A DNA stretch of 64,000 nucleotides from Eledone cirrhosa (GCA_964016885.1 OZ024743.1:176142001-176206000), one strand, 5' to 3'. Shown: positions 28,970 to 42,555, numbered from the stretch's first letter. The notes: a model not told the origin generated them from the sequence alone. A program made the numbers and translations.

Positions 28970-29203
28970 TATCATTGTTATTATTGTTATCATTGTTTCG
29001 TCATCTTCGTCATCTTCATCGTCATCATTATCATCATCAGCATCACTATCATCATCATCATCATCAACATCATCATTGTTCTCATCACAATCGTCATCAC
29101 AATCATCATCATCATCATTAGTTTCATCACAATCGCCATCACAATCATTATCATCATCATCATTAGTTTCATCACAATCATTATCATCATCATCATCGTC
29201 ATG
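28970..29203. repeat. Imperfect (ATC)n microsatellite
   Basis: Directly visible. Confidence 0.9.
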
Positions 29204-29773
29204 TAATTTTCACAAAACGTTCTAAAGACAGATTGCAAAAAAAAAATCTCCCCCACCAAACATTAACTGTCAGACATAGCTGATGGCAGAAAACAGTTCA
29301 GTTACGGTCATATCATGATATCTTACAGACACACAGACACATCAGATGATAGAGAACAGTTGAGTTATGGTGATATCATGATATCTCCTGCTGATAAATA
29401 ACTGAGAAACACACTAATTAGACATGATCGGAATCTTTATATACATTCCTTCTACGATCTCTATTATTGATAACTTAATATTATTAGACGATCATTATTG
29501 CAATTATTATTATTATTATTGTTATTAGCCCTTGTGGCCAATAAAGAAAGCATCATCATTATTATTATTATTATTATTGGCGACCTACCTAGTAAATCGT
29601 ATCATCGTGAGCTCAGTTGTTTAAAATTGCCATTTATGGAAAATTTTTATTGTTAACTGTATATAAGTGCACATACATTGATTTCTGAAAAGGACACCCA
29701 AAAATATTGGGGCCTTGAGCCCAAAATTTAAACTTTTTATAATTATCAAACAAAAATTTTTCTTTGAAAAATC

Positions 29774-31719
29774 ATGGATGTCTCAGAGTCACTCCTTCCT
29801 CACACTCTAACACCTCACACCGACACCACCATTGTAAATATTGCTACGTTTGCCAACACTGGAAATGTAAGCAGTACCAATATTTTAAATTTGTCTCAGG
29901 CAGACGTTCATTTCCCGCCATTACCAATGAATGCAATTAAAGCCGCCACCACCACCACCACCACCGCAACAACCACCACCTCCACCACCACCACAGCGAC
30001 AACAGAAACAAAAGAAAAAAATAAATTAACTCGTGATATCGAAATGAATTCAACCAAAATGAACTCTTCCACACCGAACACCACTGACGCCACCACCACC
30101 ACAACTGAAACTAAAATTAAAAATAGCAAAAATAACGATAACAACAACAGCAACAATGAAATTAAGAAAACTACCCTGAGTTTTGCCAGAGTAGCAAAAA
30201 CGTGCGAAGCGATCCAGGTAACTCAGGAGGAATTAGAAGAAGCCAAAGGAATGGTAAAGAAAGATGGGTACAGGGTCAGCCTCACCCCCACCTCCACCTA
30301 ATAAAATGGAGCAACGTCGCCTATGCACCGTGTCTTATCGGACAATTAACATAAAATCCCGCCGAGTGGAACGGGCATCCGAGTCCCAAATCCAAAAAGC
30401 TTTGGGACATGTGTGGGCAAAAAAAAACCACATCAGACGTGGGCAGAAGTATGGAACCGTGGACGTGTTCTTTGAAACACCACAAGAGGCCAGAGAACAC
30501 TCCATGGCCCCATTAAGAAGTGACGACTTCACACTCGTCCCAAGCTATTGTGGCCAGAGACTTGTGAAGATCAGGGTGACCTACGTTCCACCGGCCATCG
30601 AAATTCCCTGGCTAATGGCTGCCGTCCTCGCCGGCATCGAGGCCAACACCAAAATAATAGAAATAGCAAAAGAAAAGCAGGAGAACTGGTCCGGATCTGG
30701 GATGAAGCTCCTGATCCAAGCGGACCATAAAAGCATTGAGGAGATCCCAGAGGTAATAGACCTCACTGGCGGCAGCCACCTCACCGTAATCGTCGAGGGC
30801 AGAAGACCTAGGTGTGTCGTTTGTGGTGAAGGAACCCACCTAAGGGCTTTCTGCCCTCATGCTAAAAGGTTGAGGCCACCTCTCTTACCCACACCAGTGA
30901 CTCAACCATTAACACCACCAGCAGCAGAAATGGCAGCAACAACTGTAGCAGCAACAACAGAAGCAACTGTAACAGCAACAACCCCAGCAACAGTAGCAAA
31001 ACCAACACCACCACCACCCAACGCGCCAGAACTAGCACCAGCGTCTACACCATCCACCACGCCACAACCAAAACCAACGCCTGTGGAAGATTTTCCACTC
31101 CCCGGATTATCGCAACTGGAGACAGATTGTGACGACGAGGAATGGGAAACGGTATCAGGAAAAAAAAAGAAACCAAAAAAGAAAAAATTCTCTTCCTTCC
31201 CCCTCCAAAAACAAAATACAGAGGGAAACAAATAAATTAACAAACAAAAAAGTTAGGACAGATATGCCACCATCCACACCAGCATCACCAACCCCATCAC
31301 CACAAACAACAACACCATCACCATCATTAACCCCAACACCACCATCACCAACACCACAAAAGTCACCAAAAAGCGTAACAGAAACAAACCCACAACAAAC
31401 GCAAAAAAACAAAACAACCAAAATGATACACTACACAGCATTAAATTTGAACAACCAATTATTACATTACATGCAACACAACATCAGCATCACAGAAAAA
31501 GACTACACAACAACCCAAAAGTTCACACAACCTCCACACATACAGATCACTCGCATCACACAGAAAACGTACACGACACTAAAACAAAAATTCCCCAAAG
31601 ACATCGGAGACTTCCGACAAACACTCTCCAGGAGGATTTATAAGGACATCCTTCCGGAGGAGGCCACAAGCAGTGAAAAGGATGGACAAACCATCCTTCC
31701 TCTACGAGAAGTAAGGTAA
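29774..31719 (+). pseudogene. LINE ORF1 (nucleic-acid-binding, CX2CX4HX4C knuckle), broken by about two frameshifts
   Basis: Overlapping ORFs 29774-30301, 30264-31235 and 31129-31719. Knuckle GRRPRCVVCGEGTHLRAFCP; 'SFARVAK' motif; Thr/Pro-rich linkers. The joins are inferred. Confidence 0.75.
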
Positions 31720-31753
31720 GTGATCTTTCCCATCTTTTCCACTCCATTTCAAC

Positions 31754-34700
31754 ATGACCTCTCTCAGAATAGGCAGTATAAATGCGCGTGGCTTGGGGTC
31801 GTCATGGAAGCAGGGCCACCTGCTCAACGACCTCAGGTCACTAAACATAGATGTAGTGGCCATCAGCGAGACCAGAATCTCCGAAGCACGGGCCTTCGCC
31901 CCGATCTTCGGCGGCTACGATGTGTACGCATCTCCCAGCCGTCCGGGATCGGGGGGAGGAGTTGCTGTGCTTTTTCGGACAGGTTTGGATCTCGCCATAC
32001 GGGCCATCTTCCTGGACCCAGAAGGTAAATTGGTGGGGCTAGACGTGACCAGCGGAGACGGGCAAGCTTTCAGGCTAGTGGCCGTATATGCCCCGACAGG
32101 AGCAGGGCGGCCTGATTTCTTCCGGCGTCTGGAGACCTTTCTTGGAACGTCCCGCTCTTTAGTGTTAGTGGGCGACTGGAACGGGATCTTAGATGCACGC
32201 TGGGACTGTGTGGGATTAGCGGATAGGGGAGGAGGGTGCAAGAGCCTCACCAACCTGCTCAGGCGTTTTGAACTGTCTGACAGGTACCGATTGGATTTCC
32301 CGATTGTGTCAATGTGGACTTGGAGAAATCGCATAGGGTCATCCAGATCATATCTAGATAGAGTAGTTTGTAGAGAAATAGATAGGTCTAGCATAGGCTG
32401 TCCACAATTCAAGATAGTCAGCTACACGGACCACAAATTCGTGATCTGTGTGCTTGACTAAGATAGGCTTCATAGACGAGGACCCGGCTACTGGAAGCTA
32501 AACGCGTCCTTACCAGCGCGCAAGGCCTACAGAGACCGGATTAGCGAACTAGTTAAGCGGGCGTTGACGGGGGCCATCGCCAACAACAAGTGGTGGTTTG
32601 CTCTGAAAAGAGAAATTAGAATAGAGTCCATTAGGTTTAGTAAGGCTTTAGCAATAGAGAAAAATAGAGCAGAAGGAGAATTAGTTAAAAAATTAGACGA
32701 GGCGCTTAGCAAAGGCATCGCGACCGACGTACTTGCGGCGAAATTGGCCCTTGACCAATTCTTCAATGCAAATCACGAAGGCTGCGTTGTCAGAGCTAGG
32801 GTGCGTGCTCTCAGACACGAGGGAACGAAAGCCGTTCAATGCGCCCGAGTGGCGGAGGCGCGTCGTGGCAGCAAAGCCACGATCCGCTCTTTGGTGGACA
32901 ACGACGGGCGCATGCTACTCGATCCCAGGCAAATGTGTGAAGCTTTTCAGCGACACTTCACTCAGATGTTTGGGGGGCAGCGGCGGGCCGGTTCGAGGGA
33001 TGGACTTTAGTGTCTACCTCGACCGACTGCCGTGGCTCTCGGCCACTGAGGTGGAGTGTTGCGAAAAGCCGTTAACAGCCGCTGAATTACGGGACGCAAT
33101 GACTAGCTGCACAAGGGGTAAATCGCCTGGTTTGGATGGTCTGCCCTATGAAATTTACGTACAGATGCCAGACTTATTCGGAGGCCTCTTGGCGGATGTC
33201 TAGTGCAACTGGCAACAGAACAGGAGAATTACCAGCTCTGTGAGCCGAGGAGTTGTGGGGCTGCTGAGAAAGGATCCGAACAAGGGGGATAACATAGATA
33301 ATTTTAGGCCCATAACTCTGCTAAACACAGAGTTCAAGACTTTGACCAAGGTGCTAGCAAAGAGGTTGGCGCTTGTCGTTGGTGGTCTGGTGGGAGAGGC
33401 GCAGACATGCGCCATTCCCGACAGATCCATCCACGACAACCTCCACCTCATGCGATACATCGTAGAGAGGGTAGTTAGGGAACCTGGTACGGGTGGATCC
33501 TTCATCAATTTAGATCTGTCGAAAGCTTTCGATAGGGTCGACCATCGTTACCTAGCGGCAGTCCTGAGGGCGGATGGCTTTGGGCCCGTCTTCAGAGGCT
33601 GGATCGCTGCCATGCACAGCGACATCTGCTCTGTGGTGAGAGTGAACGGTCACCTTTCGGAACCGTTCAACATCATGCGCTCGGTCCGCCAAGGATGTCC
33701 CCTCTCGTCCCTATTGTACGTATTGAATCTCGAGCCATTACTGCACAAACTGGAGACGTTGAGGGGGGCCCGCGCGAACTAGGATGCAGAAGTTCCGTGT
33801 CAGCATATGCGGACGATGTCACCGTAGTGGTGTCGAACGCCAAACACATCGAGGCGATCGGCACTACGCTAAGAGAATACGAAGCGGTGACAGGAGCAAT
33901 GATCAACCAGGAAAAGTCAGTGGGCCTGCAGCTCGGCACCTGGAGAGGCAGGTCCATGCCGTCCAACAGCGTCGTCGGACGCTGGACGGACGGACCGGTT
34001 AAATTGCTAGGGGTCTGTTTCGGTCCGGACCGCCAGACGGACAAAAACTGGGACGAGGTGACGAGCAGGGTGGCTTCTCTCACCCAGAAATGCGCGGAGA
34101 GGAAGCTATCCCTGAAAGGTCGAGCGGAGGTGGCTAACGCGTACATCGCGTCCGTCATCTACTACCGCCTGACCGTCGTACCTTGTCCTAAGCCTTGCCT
34201 GACTGCGCTGGAGCGTTTACTCTTTCGCTTTTTGTGGAAGGGACGCGCTCCGATGGTCAGGTGGTCCATCTGTTGTCAACACCTGCTACGTGGAGGGCTG
34301 GGAATGCCGTGGCTGATGATGCGCAGGCACGCGCTCAGGCTACGACATCTCCACCTCTTCCTCGACAGTGATCAGGTGTGGTCGCCGTTTGCTAGACGCG
34401 TATTTCCCCAGCTCGTTTCCTTGACGGAGCTGCAGTCCTAGGTCAAGCGAAGACCGAGAGGGAGCGCCTGGAGACTGGAATATCTTCAGGCGCTCACAGC
34501 CCTCGACCAATCGGGCAATGTGATCGGTGGAAACTCCACCTCGGCGTTCTATAGGGGATTAGTGGAGGGGAAGAGCGACGACGTACTTGAGGAAACTCTA
34601 GGCGTCGACGAAAATCAACTAGCCAATCTCTTCGGAAGAACTTTCGGGACAGGGCCTATGGACAACTTCCAGAAATCTCTGGCCTGGCAGTGCTACCGAG

Positions 34701-35162
34701 GAGCCTTGCCAGTTCGGGATAAACTCTACAGGCATGGAGGTGCCGTCAGCCGGGCATGTCCGAGATGCGCGCAGGGCGACGAAACCGTCCTGCACGCACT
34801 CGTCCAGTGTCCGAAAATTGCTGACTTGTGGGTTTATGTCGAACACCTGCTGTCGCGTGTAGGACGGATCCGGCTATCATCTGAGTCCATCGTGAGGATT
34901 GCCCCGCCCTCCTCCTTTAGCAGGGAAGGGCAGGCAGTTTGTATCTGTCTGGTGGCCATGGCGAAAGAGATAGTATGGTGGACACGTTTGAAAGGGCTGA
35001 AGACTCTTCGGTGATGCCCTGATTGACTTTTTCAAATTTCATTTGAAAAGGAAAATCAGAGTAGAGAGGGAAGTGCTCTCTTCCCAGCATTTTGTTGAAA
35101 GATGGGTGAGAGAAGCAAGAATGGCCCGAGTGAATGGGCCTACTCTGAGTATATATCTGTAA
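31754..35162 (+). pseudogene. LINE ORF2 (apurinic-like endonuclease + reverse transcriptase + zf-RVT), with stops and frameshifts
   Basis: APE motifs INARGL, SET, GDWN, SYLDR, TDH. RT motifs KSPGLDGL, FRPITLLN, DLSKAFDRVDH, VRQGCPLS, YADD (33806-33817). C-terminal CPRC..ETVLHALVQC. In-frame stops near 32459, 33201 and 34439. Confidence 0.93.
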
Positions 35163-35410
35163 ATTAAAGGTGGAAAACTGGGAGAGGGCACTTGCCTTGG
35201 TGGTCAGGGTCACTGTGGCCTTTTACTGGGCTTTCTCCACAAACGTCCCTCCGAAGTCTCCCCCCTATTGGGGAATTTTTCATTGTTATTTTTTGTTTCA
35301 TCCTCTGTTTTTGTTTTTTACACGCAGAAATGCCCATTTGTACCGTCCTGTATTGTCCTGCACTGTCCTTAATGTCTACTTTATGTAAACCCTTGTGGTT
35401 GATAAAGAAA

Positions 35411-35445
<35 letters not shown>

Positions 35446-35656
35446 GCCATTGTTATTATCTTTATTGTGTTTTGTTTTTGAGCGTTGTGTATGTATTCCC
35501 GAAGCGCAAAATCGTGATGTAAAATTTAAGAGACAACCATAACATTTATATCGGCAATATTATATGCCCGTATGTACGTAGATACATACACACACACACA
35601 GACATACACTCACACACCCGTACGCACACACACACACACGCACGCACGTACGCACG

Positions 35657-35774
<118 letters not shown>

Positions 35775-35841
35775 TTATAGGTTAAATAGTCTCTAATACT
35801 TAAAGATCTCAATGAGAGGAATCTCTCAGAGAAGAATTAAG

Positions 35842-35923
35842 CTCCTCTGAAGAGTATAGTGGATTCAACAATTATTGGTTGTTCCAATAAGAATTCTTCC
35901 CTATATGAAACCATGGAATGGAG
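35842..35923 (+). ncRNA. Degenerate type I hammerhead (U16.1 mutated)
   Basis: CTCC-T-CTGAAGA-GTATAG...CTATAT-GAAA-CCATGG-AA-TGGAG. 6-bp stem II base; palindromic stem III. Confidence 0.6.
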
Positions 35924-36019
35924 ATCTATATATAAGCGAGTTTGGGTAGAATTATTCTTTTTGTCTATCTTGTTTATACTTGCAGAATTAGAGTTTTTCT
36001 CACTTAATTTTGATATAAA

Positions 36020-36200
36020 ATTGTTTCTACTTTTGGCACAAGGCCAGCAATTGTCCAGTGCATTCCTGGTACCTTATTTTATCGACCCAGTAAGGATAAA
36101 ATACAAAGTTAACCTCGTGATTAGAACTCAGAACGTAATGGGCGATAACTCTATGCTGCAAATCATGGTGTCTGACGCTCTACCGATACTGCCAATCCAC
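36020..36200 (-). mobile_element. tRNA-derived SINE (octopus OK-like)
   Basis: Minus strand begins GTGGATTGGCAGTATCGGTAGAGCGTCAGA (A box) and matches the 44678, 49683 and 55920 copies. Confidence 0.8.
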
Positions 36201-36248
<48 letters not shown>

Positions 36249-36524
36249 CGGAAAAAATGAAACGATATTTCATTTCCCACATACTTATATATAAATAGTT
36301 TTTTACAAAAACAATATAAAATTTGGAAAGAGGTAGGTGAGAAGTTAAAACAGCTCAAAATACAGCAGTTTATTATAATAAACAGTACAAAAGTATGTTT
36401 CATACTTCCTTGAAAGATTTTTCAAACAAGTATGCGTACAAAATCCCATTGTGTTTAAAAGAATAATTACGCATGAAGCAGATTATTTATTAAAGTAATT
36501 ACCAAATACGTTTTTAGATTAAAT

Positions 36525-36572
36525 ATTGATTTACGAACGTTTCATCCCTTATTGGGACTTATCAAAATCAAT
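36525..36572 (-). ncRNA. Type I hammerhead with U3-A8 variant core
   Basis: ATTGATT-TTGATAA-GTCCC-AATAA-GGGAT-GAAA-CGTTC-GTA^AATCAAT. Perfect 7-bp stem I and a 5-bp stem II. Confidence 0.75.
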
Positions 36573-36661
36573 TATTCATTAGTAAATATCTCATTATAAA
36601 ATCTCACCAAGCAGTACTACAACTTCTAGTCAATGAGTTTATTTACATTTAAAACGAAACC

Positions 36662-36700
<39 letters not shown>

Positions 36701-37539
36701 ATAGGAAATGAAAAATAACGAGGGAAGTTGTTCCAAATTTAGAATATCAGTTCGGAACTCAGACGTGAAAGAACTCGATACACATCTTTTCCCGAGTATC
36801 ACTTTCTTCAGCGACTAAAGGTATGAAGTAAAGCAAAAAATAAATAAAACACACGTAAGGAGTAAAAACACATACAATATAGCTATGTATGTGTGATGGA
36901 GCAAACACTCGAAGTAGGGAAATATAGAGTATGCGAGTGAATGTATGTGCGTGTATGTGTATGTTATGTGTGTGTGTATCAGAGGAAGGTGGCAGGCTTG
37001 AGAAATTGGGATGTCCAATCCTAGTAATATTTAACTAGAAATGTGCCTTTATCTACGACCTAGGTATGTTAACCTAGATTCTAGATTAACATACATTTCC
37101 GCAACAATTCCCACACTCCAGAACAAAGATGGGTGGAACTCTTGCATATTCGTCGCATTGTCTGAGATCTGGTCACCGAGAGGTCACAAACAGTGCGATG
37201 AAAATGTTAACATCAAGAAATAAAGTTAACAGCTTTTGTGTGAAATGAACTTTCACGGTAAAAATTGTTTTCATTACAATACACAGTCACTTGCCAGATA
37301 AGTACAAATCTGGACTTGTGAAGAGGGAAACTTTCTAGGTGCAAAATCGTGGTAATTAGTGACCGTCGGGGGCCCTACAGTTAATCGAACCCAGTATGTA
37401 ATTGAAATTTTATTTTATAGACCCCGTAAGGATGAAAGGCAAAGCTAACCTCGGCGGGGATTGAAATAATAATATAAATAATATGGTGGACAGGAAGATG
37501 GAATAAAATGGAAATAAAAAAAAACAAAAAAAAATTAAG

Positions 37540-38075
37540 GATGATAATAATCATGATAATGATGATGATGATGATGATGATGATAATGATTATGATGATG
37601 ATGATAATGATTATGATGATGATGATGGTGATGGTGATGATGATAATGGTTATGATGATGATGATGATGATGTTCATGATAATAGTTTGGATGATGATAA
37701 TGATGATAATCGTCATTTTCATCATCATCAATATCATCATCATCATCATTATGTAGCTCAGTATATAGACAGAAAGTTAAAGTAAGAAAACAAAAAAAAA
37801 ACTAAAACGAAATCTATTATTTTTAAAGATAATTTTCTATATTTAGAAATTTTGCCATAAGGCTACTGATGCAGGAGATTAGTTCTGGTGGTGGTGGTGG
37901 TAGTGTGGTAGTGGTGGTGGTCGTGGTAGTAGGAGTAGTAATAGTAGTAGTATTGGGGGTTGTAGTAGTAGTGGTGTGGGTAGTGATAGTTAGTGGTGGT
38001 ATGGGTGGTGGTGTGGTGATGGTGTGAGTGGTGGTGTGGGTGGTGGTATAGGTGGTAGTTTTTGGTGGTAGCAGA
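37540..38075. repeat. (ATG)n and (GGT/AGT)n trinucleotide tracts
   Basis: Directly visible. Confidence 0.85.
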
Positions 38076-38224
38076 AGTAATTGAAGTATAAATAAAAGTA
38101 CGATTTTATTAAAAGAAAACGAAGGCGTAAGCAAAAAAAAAAAATTGCAAACAAAAAAGAAAACTTTGTATATAATTACAATCACACTTTAACACACACG
38201 CGCACACACACACACACACACACG

Positions 38225-38283
<59 letters not shown>

Positions 38284-38747
38284 CAGTCAGAATCTTGATA
38301 AAAATAATTCCCCCCCCCCCCCCCACACACACACACATATATATATATATATTTAACAGTCAGTATCTTGACAACAATAACTAAAGGTAAATAAAGACCG
38401 AAAAAGCTAATTACTAAAAAAGAAGAACAATATCAAAAATAAAAATATTGGTAGCAGGTTATTTATATTTTTTTTATCAATGATCGAAAATTGAAGAATC
38501 TCTAAAAGTAATAAAATCGAACACAATCACGATCATTTTCTTTAAAAATTGTAACTAGAAAATCAATCAAACAAAAAACGAATCCATTTCAATAGATTTT
38601 AATTTTAAATTACAAAAGTTATATAATATTTTTCATCAGAAGTGGTATTATATAATTTGACTATAAAATATTATATATGGTAATTTATTGTACCTTTTAG
38701 AATTAATCTGTCTTTTTTTAAGAATTAAAGAATTATCTAACAGAGTC

Positions 38748-38896
38748 GTAGGCATGGCTGTGTAGCTAAGGGGTTTATTTCGCAACTACTTGCCCCTGTG
38801 TTCAATCCCGATGCGCAAATGTCTTCAACTAGTGCCTCGGGTTGACCAATGTCCTCTCAGTGAAATTTGGTAGACTGAAACTGCAGAAGCCCATTA
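38748..38896 (+). mobile_element. Degenerate tRNA-derived SINE (octopus OR2-like)
   Basis: A-box-like TGGCTGTGTAG, B-box-like GTTCAATCCC, and tail GTGAAATTTGGTAGACTGAAACTGCAGAAGCCC followed by (CA)n(TA)n. Confidence 0.65.
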
Positions 38897-38897
38897 A

Positions 38898-39168
<271 letters not shown>

Positions 39169-39890
39169 CTTGTGCGCGTGTGCATGTGAGTGCATGTCTT
39201 TATGTTCACGTTTATGTCTCGCAACTTAATAATTTACAAAAAAAAAAATAAAAAGAGATCGATAAATCGATAGAATATGTACTGAGGTTGACATGATGAA
39301 GCTGTTGCTCCAGCATTGTCGCACTCTAAAGACAGAAGCAAATCAATTTTTTTTTTTATTTATAAAGTTAATTCTCTTTTATAGTTATCAGATTGTCTGT
39401 CTTTTGTTTTTCAGAACAATTCCATTTAATCTAAGAAAAAGAGGAATATTAGGCATGAAAGAAAGAGAAAGAGGAGGAGAGAAAGAGAGAGAGAGAAAGA
39501 GGGAGAGATAAAGAGAGAGAGAGAACGAGGGAGAGATAAAGGAAAAGAGGGTGAGATAGAGAGGAAGAGGGAGGGGTAGTGAGTAAGGGAAAGAGGGAGA
39601 GATATAAGGAAAGAACGAGAGAGAAAAGAGAGGGAGAGAGAAGGAAAGAGAGAGAGAGAAAGAAAGAGAAAGCGAGAAAGGGAGTGAGAGAGAAAGAGGA
39701 AGAGAGGGAGAGAAAGACGGAGAGGGAGAGGGAGAGAGAGAGAGAGAGAACGTGTGAGGAAGAGAGATATAAAGGGATAGTGAGAGGCAGGGAAGATCGT
39801 TGTCAGGAAACAAAAGATTTCCGAATTCGATATATTTAGTTACGTCACTATATGTCATTAATTATTTTCTTTCTAAGTTGGTAAGGCAGG

Positions 39891-39947
<57 letters not shown>

Positions 39948-41047
39948 ACCAGTACATTACTAATACCATATTTATCGATCGAAAGTACGAATGGTAAAGT
40001 TGACCTCGGTCGGATTTCAACGTAAAGCACAGAGAATCGAAAAAAAATATTGCAAGCTTTTCTTGTCACCATAGTAAATACTTTTCTAATTCATTGTCTA
40101 CACAGATATATATTGAGAACATTACAGCCCCCTGTAACATACATCAGTTAATCGCAATGCTTGCCATCTTACAGTTTATGATCTATAAACTCTGCCCAGT
40201 TTTTTTACACACACAGCCTTTAGTGGTTAGGTCGTTCGGCTCAAGATCGTAAAGTCGTTACATCGTTTCTGAGGGAACATTGTGTCATTGAACAAGACAC
40301 TTTATTTTACGCGGTTCTACCAATGACGTAGCGAAAGTAAACTGGACCTGGAATCTATTGGTGCACAGGATTGTGCAATACTCAAACAAATACAGGTTAA
40401 TTTCACTACCAAGCAGTTTTGTTGGACGAACAACTGGAACACTCGTTTATTCGTCGTTGAAACAGACGGAGAGGTCCAATACACATATACATGCAAGCTA
40501 AGGGAAAATTGGTAGAAACAATTGTGCATTTCATTAAATTCATTGAAGTATTAAGTGTCACCCACTTCCATTTTGAATTCAAATTTTGCCGTGATAAACT
40601 TTTATGTCTGATTTGAATTTGAAGAGATCGATCAAATGAGACACGCATTGGCTTCGTTTCAATTGACAATGATCGACCTCTGTAAATATATGGACCACTG
40701 CCAACGTAAGAACATTGATATTAGAATTAATATTTCTGTTTAGCCACAGGTCATATTGACTGCACGAGCAATGTTTTGATCAAAGGTTCTTCATTTGTAA
40801 CGATCCAGTTTCTTATATTTTTTCTTCATGCATACAATATAGAGTTCTAAGAAAGTAGTGGTAACCCAGAGTGTGAGATTTGAAACATTTACTCTAGTCA
40901 TTCTGATCACATTTCCAGAATAACTGAATAATAAATGAACGCAGACAAACTGAGAGGTATGTCGGAATATATCTGCAAAATTATCTATGTTCCGAATGTT
41001 CGTCGAATTCAGCTGGAGTCAATATAAAGAGTAACGGCATTATGTAA

Positions 41048-41129
<82 letters not shown>

Positions 41130-41132
<3 letters not shown>

Positions 41133-41412
41133 TGATGGTAGCTAAGATGTTTCCATAGGCGGTATGTCGGTTGAGCACTCTATGCTCTTACAGAGCATAG
41201 TATGATATAATATAAAACGAAAAATCAGTGATGCATCTGAACTCTAATGATTTCGGAGCATATTCTCTCACTCCGAAATCATTAGACGTGTCCGTCAAAC
41301 CTGCGGGTCCAGAATCAGACAGATCCACACAATGACCGCGTCTCGAGCAGTCGGCCGGCGAAACAATTGTAACACAATAAATTGAGTTCAGATGCATCAC
41401 TGATTTTCGTTT

Positions 41413-41414
<2 letters not shown>
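41130..41414. mobile_element. Inverted pair of Penelope-like ends with a remnant hammerhead 3' half
   Basis: 41214-41244 is inverted at 41383-41412; GAAA-CAATT-GTA-ACAC-AATAAA near 41359-41380; related to 22030-22250. Confidence 0.55.
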
Positions 41415-41460
<46 letters not shown>

Positions 41461-41464
<4 letters not shown>

Positions 41465-41610
41465 TTGAACAGGTGAGCAACGATGGTTGCTAGACACTAC
41501 GGCTTAATTCGGGATGTTTGTTTAGAAACACACCGAGCATTGTAATGAATGTTAGGTGAGTCCATACGTACATATATATGTGTGTGCATGTATGTATATA
41601 TATATACATA
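41461..41610 (+). mobile_element. Diverged partial copy of the 435-bp hammerhead repeat at 47153-48038
   Basis: AGTGTTGAACAGGTGAGCAACGATGGTTGC...CCATACGTACATATATATGTGTGTGCATG matches the segment downstream of that element's HHR. Confidence 0.7.
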
Positions 41611-41662
41611 CACTTATATACATACACATATGTATATGTTTATACATATACATATGTATATG

Positions 41663-41693
<31 letters not shown>

Positions 41694-41714
41694 TGATCTA
41701 CTTCCCCCCCCCCT

Positions 41715-41942
41715 CTTATTCCTGGGAAGTTCGTGTGGGCAGAGTCTTGAAGCACGCCTTCCAGCTGGTACTGTCAGAAGCAACCGTCTCCAGTTCATCC
41801 GGCTGGATCCCCAAGTGACACCAGGCAAATTCTTGGATGTTATCCAACTATCTCGCTCAGGGTCTCCTTGGTCTCCTGCCGGTTGGTTTGTCCATAAAAT
41901 CTGTTCAGCGACTCTTTCCCCGAGACATTCTAACCACATGTC
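41715..41942 (-). mobile_element. RTE-type LINE 3' stub (second family)
   Basis: Frameshifted translation HVVRM..ERVAEQILWT..KPTGRRPR..LDNIQEFAWCHLGI..WKACFKTLPTRTSQE*, typical of the RTE RT C-terminus. Confidence 0.7.
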
Positions 41943-41979
41943 TAATATGCGTTTATTATATATATAATAAAAGCATATG

Positions 41980-42210
41980 CATTTTTCTTAAAGATGGTAC
42001 AATGCGGTAGAAAAATACAAAGGGCAAATGATGACAAATGATATAAAACAAAACAAAGTACTGTTTTACCCTGTGTATTTTAGCATGATATTTCAGGGCT
42101 TATACCCTCTTTTCAAATGCGAAGTCCAAGTCAAAACAAACGAATGATCGGTGTTTTCTTCCCTAACCTCGTATTTTTCTACCGCATTGTGTCGGCTTTA
42201 AAAATATGTA
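41980..42210. mobile_element. Inverted-repeat element with an internal degenerate hammerhead (42083-42120, minus strand)
   Basis: Arms ACAATGCGGTAGAAAAATAC / GTATTTTTCTACCGCATTGT. Minus strand GCAT-TTGAAAA-G-AGGGT-ATAA-GCCCT-GAAA-T-ATC^ATGC. Confidence 0.55.
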
Positions 42211-42253
42211 TCGGTCTTTCACTACATATCTCAAAAAGCTATATATATATAAA

Positions 42254-42555
42254 ATAATGATAACATTAATAAAGATGCTGATGTTACATAAATCGTTTAT
42301 TCATTATAATTATTACAACGGTTCTCCCATGCAACCAAGATGTAATTCATGTAATTCAGACATATGTCTGCTGGACACACGTGCAAAGGGACTTGTTTAT
42401 TCCTGCCAGCAGCATATCAAAAAATCGAATTTCATTTGAGGATACCGTTCTCATAACAACCACAAATGCATGAATTATATCTTGATTGCATGGGAGAACC
42501 GTTGAAATAATCATAATGAATGTAACATCAGCATCTTTATTAATGTTATTATTAT
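42254..42555. mobile_element. Inverted pair with about 100-bp arms; right part carries a degenerate hammerhead (42431-42520, +)
   Basis: 42254-42355 is inverted at 42465-42555. TTCAT-TTGAGGA-..GTTCTC...GAGAAC..-GAAA-TAATC-ATA^ATGAA. Confidence 0.6.

Larger units (their letters stand above)
29579..35412 (+). mobile_element. Near-full-length, inactivated Tx1/L1-clade non-LTR retrotransposon inserted in (ATT)n
   Basis: ORF1 with a CCHC zinc knuckle; ORF2 with APE, RT and a C-terminal zinc finger; 3' UTR ends GATAAAGAAATC(ATT)n; (ATT)n also at the 5' boundary. Confidence 0.92.

Noticed and set aside
40317-40669. Short non-repetitive ORFs as possible host exons (also 28521-28721)
   Set aside because: No recognisable domain or convincing splice context; cannot be supported without RNA-seq or a homology search.
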